DNA from: an uncultured Nitrospirales bacterium
GTDB taxonomy: Bacteria; Hydrogenedentota; Hydrogenedentia; Hydrogenedentales; CAILVY01
DNA: 27,168 nt
Assembly: GCA_964559065.1 (NCBI GenBank)
Contig: CAZLII010000001.1
Location: 1-27,168 of the forward strand
Direction of reading: 5' to 3'
How positions within the stretch are numbered: the stretch's first letter is position 1; every line of letters starts with the position of its first letter. The notes under the pieces are model-generated. The model had not been told where the DNA came from. It saw only the letters and a list, made by a program, of their open reading frames with translations, and did no database searches. The position numbers and the translations under genes are program-made. Positions 1 to 8,660 of this stretch are shown here, piece by piece.

Positions 1-1
1 A

Positions 2-811
2 CAGCTAACGCCGGACATCTGCGTTTTGGCCATAATGCTCCGGGGGGTGACGGGTTATGAGAGTTGCAGGCGTTTTCGCAAGGACCCGGAATTGTATCGG
101 ATGGCAGTATTGATTCTTACCGCGTTGGGCGAAGAGCCTGAGATTTTACACGGGCTGGAACAAGGCGCGGATGATTATCTTGTAAAGCCGTTCAAATTGG
201 AACGGCTGATGGACAAGATTGCGTCGCTTAATGCGCTTCTTGGGGCGATTGACACCCGAAATCGGGTGACCAATCTGCCGGGCACGGACGCCATCAAGCG
301 GGAAATCAACCACCAGTTGGCCCGGGGGAATGCCATCGCCACGATCTATGTGGACATGGTCGGGTTCAAGCCGCTTTGCGCTGCGCGCGGTCCGGACGGT
401 CAGCGACAGGCGCTGGAATTCATGTCCAAGTTGCTGGTCAGCCTGACGCGCGACATGGGGATATATGAGTGTTTTGTGGCGCATATGGGGGGCGAGCATT
501 TCGTCGTGCTGTTGAAACTGGAAGACCATGAACGCTTCACTTCGAGCCTGATTCAGACTTTCGACCAGCGGGTGCGCGAACTTTACACGCGCCAGGAACG
601 GGATCAGGGATACCTTATCGCCAAGGACCGTCAGGGCAAGGAGGTGCGGTGCCCGTTCATGGCGTTGTCAATCGGCGTGGCGCACACGCAATACCGGCAG
701 TTCAAAAGCGCCAAGAAGATGTTCGAGGTGCTGGCGCAGGTGCGCCAGAAGGCGCAGCCGACATCGGGAAAGAGCGTTGTGTTTGTGGACCGGCGCCGCA
801 CGGACCGCTGA
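2..811 (+). CDS. 5'-truncated response-regulator receiver + degenerate GGDEF-domain protein
   Basis: Frame is open from base 2 (QLTPDICVLAIMLRG...). Receiver motifs ILTAL and GADDYLVKPF are present, followed by a GGDEF-like region (RVTNLPG, IYVDMVGFK, VAHMGGEHF, LSIGVA). The phosphoacceptor position reads Ala and the GGDEF motif reads GGEHF. Confidence 0.8.
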   Translation, partial: QLTPDICVLAIMLRGVTGYESCRRFRKDPELYRMAVLILTALGEEPEILHGLEQGADDYLVKPFKLERLMDKIASLNALLGAIDTRNRVTNLPGTDAIKREINHQLARGNAIATIYVDMVGFKPLCAARGPDGQRQALEFMSKLLVSLTRDMGIYECFVAHMGGEHFVVLLKLEDHERFTSSLIQTFDQRVRELYTRQERDQGYLIAKDRQGKEVRCPFMALSIGVAHTQYRQFKSAKKMFEVLAQVRQKAQPTSGKSVVFVDRRRTDR

Positions 812-829
812 ACCGCCTGGAGGACCGGC

Positions 830-1309
830 ATGCGCCGGATCATCGTTGGAGCATTGGCGCTATTGCTCGTGCTGATTATTGTGGCGATCGCCCAGATTGG
901 GGCATACGATGTTCCTCCGGAGGAGGTCGCGCGCCGTTGTCGCGAAGCGACACCAGCCTGGCAAAGTTATTCGGAAGACATCAAGGGGCAGATCGGGGCG
1001 CGGCCTGTCGCATTGTGGCGCGGCGAAATGGCGCATGCCCGGCAGGAGGACAGTTCCGTAAGCATTCTTTTTCGCATTGAGGAGCCTTGGTCCGGGTGGG
1101 AGGCGGCCATGCCGGTATTGGTGCGTGACCCGACGGGCGCAGTGTGTCTTGGGGTGGCCGAAGATCAGATTGGTCCCGAACGCCGCTATCGGTTTGCGCT
1201 CTCGGCAGACGATGATATTGCGCCGTTGCCCTGGATTGAAGTCCAGTACCCCCATGCGCAAGTCCGCATTACGTTCAACGCACAAGGTGAGTGGCGCAAA
1301 TCCCCCTGA
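830..1309 (+). CDS. Hypothetical exported or membrane-anchored protein (159 aa)
   Basis: GGAGGA RBS at 819-824; N-terminal basic + hydrophobic segment (MRRIIVGALALLLVLIIVAIA); follows the upstream gene by 18 nt. Confidence 0.72.
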   Translation: MRRIIVGALALLLVLIIVAIAQIGAYDVPPEEVARRCREATPAWQSYSEDIKGQIGARPVALWRGEMAHARQEDSSVSILFRIEEPWSGWEAAMPVLVRDPTGAVCLGVAEDQIGPERRYRFALSADDDIAPLPWIEVQYPHAQVRITFNAQGEWRKSP

Positions 1310-1327
1310 TTGGAAAAGCGCGATTCG

Positions 1328-1762
1328 CTATTCCCTGTCAAGTTCGAGCCTTTTCGTTCCGCACGACGTCTCAACCGAAGGGGCCGTTTCGGGGCGATAG
1401 GTGTTGATGCGCACAAGGTGAATGGTGACCCCCGTCGCAATGGCCACCAGCATTGCGCGGACCCACCACAGGGGCACAAAGAACATGACCGACAGGCCGA
1501 TGGTCAGCCAAAGCAGGGTGAGGGTGTATATTTTCTGGCGCAGCAGCATGCCCCGGCCTTCGCGGTAATTACGAATATACTCGCCGAACCAGCGGTTGGT
1601 CAGCAGCCAGCGGTGGAAGCGCTCTGAACTGCGCTCGTAGCATATCGCCGCAAGCAGCAGAAAGGGCGTGGTGGGCATCACCGGAAGGAACATGCCCAGC
1701 ACACCGAGGGCGACCGACAGGGTGCCCACGGCAATCAGCGTTATCTTGACGGCGCGTCGCAT
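1328..1762 (-). CDS. ybaN: YbaN/DUF454 family inner-membrane protein (144 aa)
   Basis: Signature LGVLGMFLPVMPTTPFLLLAAICYERSSERFHRWLL...FGEYIRNY...G; start reassigned to ATG at 1762 (MRRAVK). Confidence 0.86.
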   Translation of the reverse strand: MRRAVKITLIAVGTLSVALGVLGMFLPVMPTTPFLLLAAICYERSSERFHRWLLTNRWFGEYIRNYREGRGMLLRQKIYTLTLLWLTIGLSVMFFVPLWWVRAMLVAIATGVTIHLVRINTYRPETAPSVETSCGTKRLELDRE

Positions 1763-1768
1763 CGTGCG

Positions 1769-1777
1769 ATTATAGCA
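1769..1777 (-). promoter_or_regulatory. Extended -10 element (TGcTATAAT) 6 nt upstream of the ybaN ATG; candidate leaderless promoter
   Basis: Minus strand reads ...ccc TGC TATAAT cgcacg ATG; no Shine-Dalgarno is possible in the 6-nt gap. Confidence 0.55.
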
Positions 1778-1820
1778 GGGATTGGATTCGAAAATAAAGG
1801 ACAACGATGTCCAACATTGT

Positions 1821-3692
1821 TCAACCCTTCCATTCTCCACGGGCCAGCAAAGATTTGATGCGATCCAACAGCCGGTCCTCTACGGCGGCATATCGGACAA
1901 GGCCCTGTTTGTCAAGCAACACAATATGCGGGATGCTTCGTATGTGGTATTTTGAGAAGGTGATTGAGGGTTCAGCATCGAGTCCCACCGGAAATTCGAT
2001 GTTCATGCGGCGGATAAACGTGGAAACCTCGTCGGGATCAGCGGCGTCATCATGGATGCCGAGAAAAACCAGTTCCGGATTCCCCAGAAAGGCAGCATGT
2101 ATGACGCGGGTTTCCTCGATGCGATTGACGCCGTCCGGGCTGTCATCGAATCCGCCCCAGAATAACAACAGCACGATTTTGCCCTGCATGTCGGCGAGGG
2201 AAAGGGGTGTGGAATTGAACCAGTGTGCGCATTCGATGTCCGGGGCCGGCTGGTTCACCAGCCCGGCGGCTTCGGCGCTTTGCGGCGGCTCCGGGAAAGG
2301 TTCTGGTTTGTAATCACGCAGGCGGAGCCGCAACGGCCGATTTCTTTTCAAATCTACGGTGAATTCCCGGCTTAGGAATTCTGTGGGGTGTTCTGCGACA
2401 AAGCCTATCTTGTCCGTATCAGGCGGGTAGGTCAATTGGATGCCGAAACGTCCGTCCTCATCGCTGAGCGTCCACAGCGGATGGGGCAAATTTCGGGAAG
2501 CGATAACGACGCGGGCTGCAGGTCTGCCGTCCGGCATGGAGAGCGTGCCGGTGATTTGCGGCAGGGGCAGCAGGCGCACGGCGTCGAGGCGGGCGTGTCG
2601 GGTCTCCCCCATATTGACAGGGATTTCCGGCAGGGCATCTGTCATGTATCCGGGCGGGGCGATAATGCGGAGGATTCCCTGGGGCGATGGGGCCAGGAGC
2701 GCAAACCGGCCTTCGGCGTCGGAGTGTACGGCTGCGGCTGGTTGGCCCTGTGTGGAATACTCGACCCACACCCCCGGGGCTGGAGATTGATCATCGAGCA
2801 GGATGCGCCCTTCGATGCGATGAGGACGGATCATATCAAGGTTAAGAATATTGTCCTCCTTTTCTCGTGAAACCAGGACGGATTTCGGTTCGGGGGAGGC
2901 GTATTCGGGATGGCGCGCCACGAGATAGTACTCGCCATCGGGCAGATAAACCGAGTAAAAGCCTTCGGGATCAGATATCGTTTCCGAGCAGACCTGGCGC
3001 CCGCCCGCGCCGGCGATCAGCACGGTGATGTGTGCGTTCGCAATGGGCGTCTCGTCGTTCATGATGCGGCCGCCCAGGCGGACGCCGGACTGCAGGATGA
3101 TGTCCTGGCGTTTGCCGCCGACGGGCAGGTAGGCGACACTGGTGTCGGCGTAACGGTAATGAGCGATCAACAGTTGCACGAAGGCGTTCTTGGGCAGAAA
3201 GGGTACGGCGATGATGCCGTTGTCATCCGCGCGCAGACGGGGAAAACCGTGGTCGAGGAGGCTGTCCACGGAAACGCGAAATGCGTCGCGCACCAACATG
3301 AACTTGATGCGCGCGCCGGGCACGGGGAACAAGTTCTGGTTGATCACGCGGAACGACAGTTCCTGGGATTCTTCCAAGACGATGCGCATGTCGGCGTCAT
3401 TGACAAGAAATGCGCTGAATCCGCCGATGGCCAGTCCTTCCTTGTAGGCGACCACTTCGCACGCGCCCACGGGAGTATTTTCAAACAGGAACGCGCCCTC
3501 TTCCCCACTCCGGGTTTTCCGGACCTCCGTTTCGGTGCGGAGCCAGACATCCGCACCTGAGACGGGCGCATCCTGCGTATCCACCAAGATGCCCCGGAGA
3601 CTCAGGGCATGCGCACTGAATACGGCACATGCGACAAGCATTGCAATGGGTGCAACGCGCCAAAATGCTGCGATGGAATGCGGGCACATCAT
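1821..3692 (-). CDS. Exported protein with about 5 carboxypeptidase-regulatory-like (CarboxypepD_reg) beta-sandwich repeats and a C-terminal TlpA/redoxin-like domain lacking CxxC (623 aa)
   Basis: Signal peptide (...MLVACAVFSAHA); repeats GILVDTQDAPVSGADV, GRIMNDETPIANAHI, GRILLDDQSPAPGVWV, GTLSMPDGRPAARVVI; C-terminus APDIE..WFNS.PLSLADMQGKIVLLLFW...YHIRSIPHIVLLDKQGLVRY. Confidence 0.8.
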   Translation of the reverse strand: MMCPHSIAAFWRVAPIAMLVACAVFSAHALSLRGILVDTQDAPVSGADVWLRTETEVRKTRSGEEGAFLFENTPVGACEVVAYKEGLAIGGFSAFLVNDADMRIVLEESQELSFRVINQNLFPVPGARIKFMLVRDAFRVSVDSLLDHGFPRLRADDNGIIAVPFLPKNAFVQLLIAHYRYADTSVAYLPVGGKRQDIILQSGVRLGGRIMNDETPIANAHITVLIAGAGGRQVCSETISDPEGFYSVYLPDGEYYLVARHPEYASPEPKSVLVSREKEDNILNLDMIRPHRIEGRILLDDQSPAPGVWVEYSTQGQPAAAVHSDAEGRFALLAPSPQGILRIIAPPGYMTDALPEIPVNMGETRHARLDAVRLLPLPQITGTLSMPDGRPAARVVIASRNLPHPLWTLSDEDGRFGIQLTYPPDTDKIGFVAEHPTEFLSREFTVDLKRNRPLRLRLRDYKPEPFPEPPQSAEAAGLVNQPAPDIECAHWFNSTPLSLADMQGKIVLLLFWGGFDDSPDGVNRIEETRVIHAAFLGNPELVFLGIHDDAADPDEVSTFIRRMNIEFPVGLDAEPSITFSKYHIRSIPHIVLLDKQGLVRYAAVEDRLLDRIKSLLARGEWKG

Positions 3693-5713
3693 GGCATGGT
3701 TTCAGAATGGAGTTTTCGCAGCGCGATCAGGGGAGGCAGACCGATGGTCTCCAGGACCGCGCGACCGGAGGCGTCCAAAAGAAACGTGGTCGCGGCATTG
3801 GGCGGGACGCCGTTGAACACGGGGATCGGCGTCTCCTGCGGCGCAAAATGGCCGTTAATCACCAGCGCGATTTGAAGATTCGGATTGCCGAGGATGTCAG
3901 ACATGACACCCAAGCCTTCCAGAACAATTTCCGCCTGTTCCTCGTCGCAATAGACAACCATGGCGGGCCGATTCTCTGATGCGCGCCTGTCAACAGGCGG
4001 GCCGCCGACCTGGGGCAGGTCCCGCCAGCGCAGCGGTTTTCCCGCGAGACTGGATGCGCTCTTGCCGTCACGCAGCACGACATTGCCGACATCCTGCGCC
4101 TCGCCCGGTGCGGGATTCAAAATCATGGATTCCGTGGATGTGTTGTCGCTGGCGATGGCCACACAGCGCTGGGGCGCGCCGGGAACAATGGCATCCCATG
4201 AAAAATGGCCGTCCTTTTCCGTCAGCCGCTGCCACAACAGCAGATCATGGTCAATCAGTTCGCCGGGGAAAATGCCGCCGACCAAGAGGCCCTCCAGCCC
4301 GCGCCCGCGCGCATTGACCACGCGCCCGCGGACGCTGCCGAGCCGCAACAATTGCACCCGCGCGCCCTGCACGTCATCCAGATGCAGGGCAAACAGCGCG
4401 CCCAGCGGCTCGCGCGGGTCTTCCACCATCCCGATGATGCGGCGGTCTTCGGGCAGATTCGCGACACGGATTTCGACCAGCCCCATCGCGTCGGCAACCC
4501 GCCAGCCGAATTGGCGCGGGCGCAAGAGCGTGATAACGGCGCCCGGACGCGGCGTGTCGCCATCCTCATCGAGAACATAGAGCATGTACGTGGGGATGGG
4601 ACGCAGCCACATGCCGGGCAGTTCCATTTCGGCGCCGCCGGCCACGTGAAAGCGTGTCGCGGGGTCGGTGGGCGGCAAGTAACCCGGCGCGGATTCAAGG
4701 CGTATGAGACTCTCACCCTCGGCGATGGTCGCGCGAAACGCGCCGGTAGGCCCTGTGCGCAGGAGCGCCGCCTTGGACCCGTTGCTCTCAATTTCCAGAC
4801 GCGCGCCCTGGATGGGCGCACCGCTGACGGCGTCACGCACGACGCCATGAACCACGCCTGTGGCGGCGACGGTCAAGCGCAGCGGCGCCACTTCGCGGGC
4901 GGCGGTGATTTCGAGGCGTTCCCAGCCTGGGCTGAGGCGGCCGATGCCCGCCGCCTGATAGAGGTACTCGCCCGGCTTCAGTCGGACCATGAACGTCCCC
5001 TGATAGTCGGTGGTGGCGATGACGGTGTCGTGGGGCGGTTGCGTGCTGCGGAAAAGAATCGAAGCGCCGGTCACCGGCGACTTGCCGTCGCGGGAAAGCG
5101 CATTGCCGTTTACAAGGACGCCGGGGTCCATTGTAATGCGCAGGTTGCTCTCCCCCACGCTGACCTCGGAGATTGCCTCCTGTGCGTATTGGGGATGCCC
5201 CGCTTTGATCGCCACTTTTGCGCCACGCGGCAGGTTGGGGATGGTGAATTGGCCGCGATCGTTGCTCACCGGCTCTTCATATCCAAAGGCCGTCAACTTG
5301 GCCAGCGGAATACCGACCTTGCTGTCGTCGAGAACAGCGATGCGGGTAATCCGCGCCCCTTCCAGGGCCGCGCCCTTGTGGTTGGTGATACGCCCGGTGA
5401 TGCTGTCGGCGGGCCGCAGCACGATGGCGACGTTGAGAATCTCATCGGCCACCGCGACATTCAGGTGTGTGCCGCCGAAACCGTGGCCCGGCGCGATGGC
5501 GAAGATCCCGACGCCGTCTGCCGGTACGTTGTCAAACCGGAATGCGCCGTCCGCAGTCGGGATGGCCTCGCGCAGCGCGCCGCCGATGCCTGGTTCCATG
5601 AAGACGCGGGACCCCGCAATCGGCTGGCCGGAGGCGTCGGTGACACGCCCGGCAATGACGCTCATTCCCACGCAAAGAAACGACATCGCGCTCATCAACG
5701 CCGCGCTCATCAT
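3689..5713 (-). CDS. Exported protein with about 5 CarboxypepD_reg-like repeats and a degenerate thioredoxin-like C-terminus (674 aa)
   Basis: RBS AGAGGAG upstream; repeats GRVTDASGQPIAGSRV, GRITNHKGAALEGARI, GVVRDAVSGAPIQGARL, GRVVNARGRGLEGLLV; C-terminal TTFLLDASGRAV. Overlaps the next gene by 4 nt (ATGA). Confidence 0.8.
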   Translation of the reverse strand: MMSAALMSAMSFLCVGMSVIAGRVTDASGQPIAGSRVFMEPGIGGALREAIPTADGAFRFDNVPADGVGIFAIAPGHGFGGTHLNVAVADEILNVAIVLRPADSITGRITNHKGAALEGARITRIAVLDDSKVGIPLAKLTAFGYEEPVSNDRGQFTIPNLPRGAKVAIKAGHPQYAQEAISEVSVGESNLRITMDPGVLVNGNALSRDGKSPVTGASILFRSTQPPHDTVIATTDYQGTFMVRLKPGEYLYQAAGIGRLSPGWERLEITAAREVAPLRLTVAATGVVHGVVRDAVSGAPIQGARLEIESNGSKAALLRTGPTGAFRATIAEGESLIRLESAPGYLPPTDPATRFHVAGGAEMELPGMWLRPIPTYMLYVLDEDGDTPRPGAVITLLRPRQFGWRVADAMGLVEIRVANLPEDRRIIGMVEDPREPLGALFALHLDDVQGARVQLLRLGSVRGRVVNARGRGLEGLLVGGIFPGELIDHDLLLWQRLTEKDGHFSWDAIVPGAPQRCVAIASDNTSTESMILNPAPGEAQDVGNVVLRDGKSASSLAGKPLRWRDLPQVGGPPVDRRASENRPAMVVYCDEEQAEIVLEGLGVMSDILGNPNLQIALVINGHFAPQETPIPVFNGVPPNAATTFLLDASGRAVLETIGLPPLIALRKLHSETMP

Positions 5714-5729
5714 GGCGGTCTATCTCCTC

Positions 5730-5830
5730 TGTTGCGGCCGGTCTCAAGACCATTGTTGTGGCTGGTCTCAAGACCATTGTTGCGGCTGGTCTCCTTATCG
5801 TTGTTGTGGCCGGTCTCCTGACCGTGCCAC
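5730..5830. repeat. Four tandem 24-bp units TGTTGYGGCYGGTCTC(N8); the last extends into a full REP-like hairpin
   Basis: Units start at 5730, 5754, 5778 and 5802. Hairpin GTGGCCGGTC-TCCT-GACCGTGCCAC at 5806-5830. Confidence 0.88.
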
Positions 5831-5880
5831 CTATACGACCGCAGGTCTCCATCATATGTCAAAATACCGGTTTAATACCT

Positions 5881-5950
5881 TCTGGAGACCTTCGGTCGGT
5901 GCTGTGGCGCGGTCTGGAGACCGGCCACAGCGGACCTTCTGGAGACCGGG
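5881..5950. repeat. Inverted REP-like copies of the same GGTCTC/GAGACC family
   Basis: Hairpin GCTGTGGC-GCGGTC-TGGA-GACCG-GCCACAGC at 5901-5931, flanked by TCTGGAGACC half-copies at 5881 and 5938. Confidence 0.8.
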
Positions 5951-5974
5951 CACAAACGACAAAAATATTATGTG

Positions 5975-6397
5975 CTACAGTACCGCTTCCATGCCGGTGA
6001 TCAGCCATACTCCGTCACGCTTTTCTGCATGGAAGGTGGCGCTGATATAGCCGAAATATCCGCTGATTTCCACGGGATCAGTTGTGGCTTTGTCACCCTG
6101 GATAACAGTTGTCGCGTTTGCGAAGTTTAATTCCACGTCATCCAGAAATCCCATGCTCTTCGCGTCTTCCAGAAATGCGCGCATCTTTTCCTTGTCCCCA
6201 ATGGGTTCGCAATAGAAATCTTCGGAATAACACGCGAGCAACCCGTCAATGTCCTGCTCGGAGACCCGTTCCGTGCACTTCTGTTTCAGCGCGTCGAGCA
6301 GGTCCTCATCCGAAACGGCTTTTCCTGTGGTCGCGCATCCCGCCATGACGGCGAGCAACGCCGCAATCCCCATCATACAAAGTGCATTTCGATTCAT
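5975..6397 (-). CDS. Lipoprotein with NTF2/SnoaL-like (DUF4440-like) domain (140 aa)
   Basis: Lipobox AVMAG-C; DIDGLLACYSEDF, GDKATT and C-terminal FHAEKRDGVWLITG are typical of NTF2-fold proteins. Confidence 0.75.
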   Translation of the reverse strand: MNRNALCMMGIAALLAVMAGCATTGKAVSDEDLLDALKQKCTERVSEQDIDGLLACYSEDFYCEPIGDKEKMRAFLEDAKSMGFLDDVELNFANATTVIQGDKATTDPVEISGYFGYISATFHAEKRDGVWLITGMEAVL

Positions 6398-6620
6398 TCT
6401 GTCGCCCTCCCTGTTTTTATTCTTAACTTTGCATGCCGACGACGTCCGACAGGGACGCCTCGCATGGTATGCAGGACTTTAGCATACCGCCCAAGCGGCA
6501 TGCACTCCGGGTACCTTGCCAAATCTGTGGCACATCAGAGCAGAGAAGTTCGGGAACGATACAGGTCATTTTTTGCCGCGTGCTTACACTGCTTTCAGCG
6601 GGGCAATGAGAACGCGGGCA

Positions 6621-7871
6621 TCAGCGCAAGGCGGCGGCCACTTCTTCTTCGAGACGCAGATAGGTGCGGCGAAAGATTTTCTGGAGGGCTTGTTCCGGGG
6701 TGGCGCCGGCGGCGAGTTCGGCGAGGAACTGGTTGATGCGCTGCTGGCCAAATCGGGACCAGAGTTGGCCGATGGCGGCGTGGGCCTGGGCATAGGCGAG
6801 GCGGAGGGCTTCGGGCCGAAGGGCCTTGAGTTGGTGGGCTTCGAGGTCGGCAAGGCGAAATTCAACCCCTTGTTCCAGTGCGCGGCGCAGAAGGTCGGCG
6901 TCGAGGGGGTCCGGACCCCGCGAGAGGGTTTCCGCAAGCCCCTCGTTGACCCACCAGGGGGCCTTCTCATCCAGCAGGTGCCGGACAATGACATGGACGT
7001 ATTCATGGGTGAGCCGGCGTTTGATTTCGTCGTCGGGCAGAAACTGTCCGGTTGCATCCGTGAGCGGGATGCGGATTTTACCATCGTACACCGCGCCGAC
7101 GTGGCCTTCGAGTTGGGTCGCCTCGGAGAACTGATCGGCTTCGTACACAATCACCTGGATGGGTGCGGGCGGATAGGCCCCTCCGAATTTACGGCCGAGG
7201 TCCCAGTAGGCGGATTCCAAGATGTTAAGTACGCGGGACCGAATGGGATAGGGCATATTTCGGGGATAACTGATCCTGAAATGGCGGGACCCTGCCCGGT
7301 TGAAATCGTATTCGACCGATTCCTCACGAAAGGCTTTTTCGTAGCGTTCTCGCAGGTCCTTTCGGACGGGGTCCATTTCCAGCACATAATCCCACTGTGC
7401 GCGGGCTGAAGGAATGTCGTTGTCGCGGTAGTAGGCTTCGCCCAGCAACTCATGGGCGTTCAGGTCGCCGGGTTTGATCTCTATGGCCTCTTCCAGGCGG
7501 AAGATGGCATCCTGAACCATGTTCATGCGCAGGTAGTAGGAGCCGAGTTGGATGAGCGGCGACGGGTTATCGGGGTCAATGCCGATGGCGAGGTTGAGGT
7601 GCCTGGCCGCCTCGATGAGGTTGTTTTCCTGGGCGAGGTCGTTGGCGCGGGCCTGGTGGGCGTTGCAAAGGTTTCTGCGGACCGTGACGTTGTCCCGCGC
7701 ACCTTCATAGGATTTCTCGAAATAGGAAATTGCCTCGGCATGCCTACCCGCGTTGTAGGCTTGTATCCCCCGGTTGTTGTATTCCACCGCAGAGGGCGCC
7801 TGGGCTTGGACGGCAAGCGCCGCAAGCCCCCCCACTCACAGGATGATAAGCGCAAAAAACCGATACCGCAT
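6621..7871 (-). CDS. TPR-repeat + Peptidase_MA-like gluzincin zinc metalloprotease; in-frame TGA at codon 12 (7836-7838)
   Basis: TPR helices (YNNRGIQAYNAG..., LIQLGSYY..., AHELLGEAYY...); HEYVH and WWVNEGLAE motifs. ATG at 7871 with GGGAAG RBS is in frame with the 6621-7835 ORF but separated from it by one TGA. Confidence 0.85.
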
Positions 7872-7884
7872 TGGTCTTCCCGTG

Positions 7885-8274
7885 TTATGCCGAGGGCAGC
7901 AGGGCGATGGCTTCCACTTCGATTTGGATGTCCGCCGGCAGACGACCCGCCTGAATGCAGGTGCGCGCAGGGAAATCCTTGGGGAAGTATTCTTTGTAAA
8001 TGCCGTTAAGTGTGGCGAACTGGTTCATGTCGGCGAGAAAGACCGTAACCTTCAGCACGTGGTCCATTCCGGAACCACAATCCTCCAACACGGCGCCGAG
8101 ATTATCGAAGGTTCTGCGGGCTTCCTCTTCAAAGGTTCCGCGCACGGGGCCGCTGCCATCGCGGGCGAAGGGGCCTTGCCCGGAGACAAACAGGAGATTC
8201 CCCGCCGCAACGGCATGGGAATAGGGCCCGGCTGCGGGCGGCCCGCTTTGGGAAAAGAGGCATTGTTTTTTCAT
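7885..8274 (-). CDS. ridA: RidA/YjgF/UK114 reactive-intermediate imine deaminase (129 aa)
   Basis: GPYSHAV, LFVSGQ, VLKVTVFLADMNQF, FPARTC (catalytic Arg retained), QIEVEAIA. Confidence 0.92.
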   Translation of the reverse strand: MKKQCLFSQSGPPAAGPYSHAVAAGNLLFVSGQGPFARDGSGPVRGTFEEEARRTFDNLGAVLEDCGSGMDHVLKVTVFLADMNQFATLNGIYKEYFPKDFPARTCIQAGRLPADIQIEVEAIALLPSA

Positions 8275-8524
8275 GATTAATCCTCACCATCCGTCCTGCA
8301 CGGATTGGTAAACGCTGTGTCAGTTTTGATTTATTCCGATCGTATCCGGCACGGACGGCATATATAAGAACCGTACCATGCTTGGGTAAAATGCGTCAAA
8401 TTGGCGGGAGACGGCATTTGCAAAAGGGGCATTTTTGATGTCAGCATCATCGAAAATCCAGGATATCGCCCATTTGTATGTGAAGGAACAGCCCATTTCG
8501 CAAATGCCTGATGGCGTTATTTAC

Positions 8525-8554
8525 TTGCATCGGCCCTGCTTCAGCGGCGATACT
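8525..8554 (+). promoter_or_regulatory. Possible sigma70 promoter for ilvE (TTGCAT-N18-GATACT)
   Basis: Hexamers at 8525-8530 and 8549-8554, about 105 nt upstream of the ilvE start; imperfect match. Confidence 0.35.
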
Positions 8555-8660
8555 AAGCGACCGGCGCGTCGCCGGCGGCCGACTGTGCCGGATGATGCGC
8601 ATGAATGCCGGTGAGATTGAGCGGCGCGGAATCATTCCCTAACCCGATGGAGATGAAGAG

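Noticed and set aside
4205-5821. 538-aa plus-strand ORF (also 2910-3560, 6516-7409, 16426-17256, 17944-18864, 19160-20377, 24907-26007)
   Set aside because: Antisense shadows of well-supported minus-strand genes, expected in GC-rich DNA; no motifs or RBS support.
5730-5830. 24-bp repeats as a CRISPR array
   Set aside because: Units are directly adjacent with no unique spacers, and no cas genes are present.
5825-5865. Minus-strand TTGACA as the -35 of the carboxypeptidase-repeat operon promoter
   Set aside because: No acceptable -10 hexamer at 16-18 nt spacing.
6465-6488. GGTATGC/GCATACC 7-bp inverted repeat as an operator
   Set aside because: Short, single occurrence, within chance expectation; no regulator gene nearby.
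7836-7838. Genome-wide TGA reassignment (genetic code 4 or 25)
   Set aside because: TGA terminates conserved genes at their expected ends (nth, pfkB, M20 amidohydrolase, ilvE), and only one internal TGA was seen.
8413-8508. GGCATTTGC...GCAAATGCC inverted repeat in the ridA-ilvE gap as a riboswitch, T-box or attenuator
   Set aside because: Only 9 bp across about 78 nt; no T-box motif, no Ile/Leu/Val-rich leader peptide and no terminator recognised.
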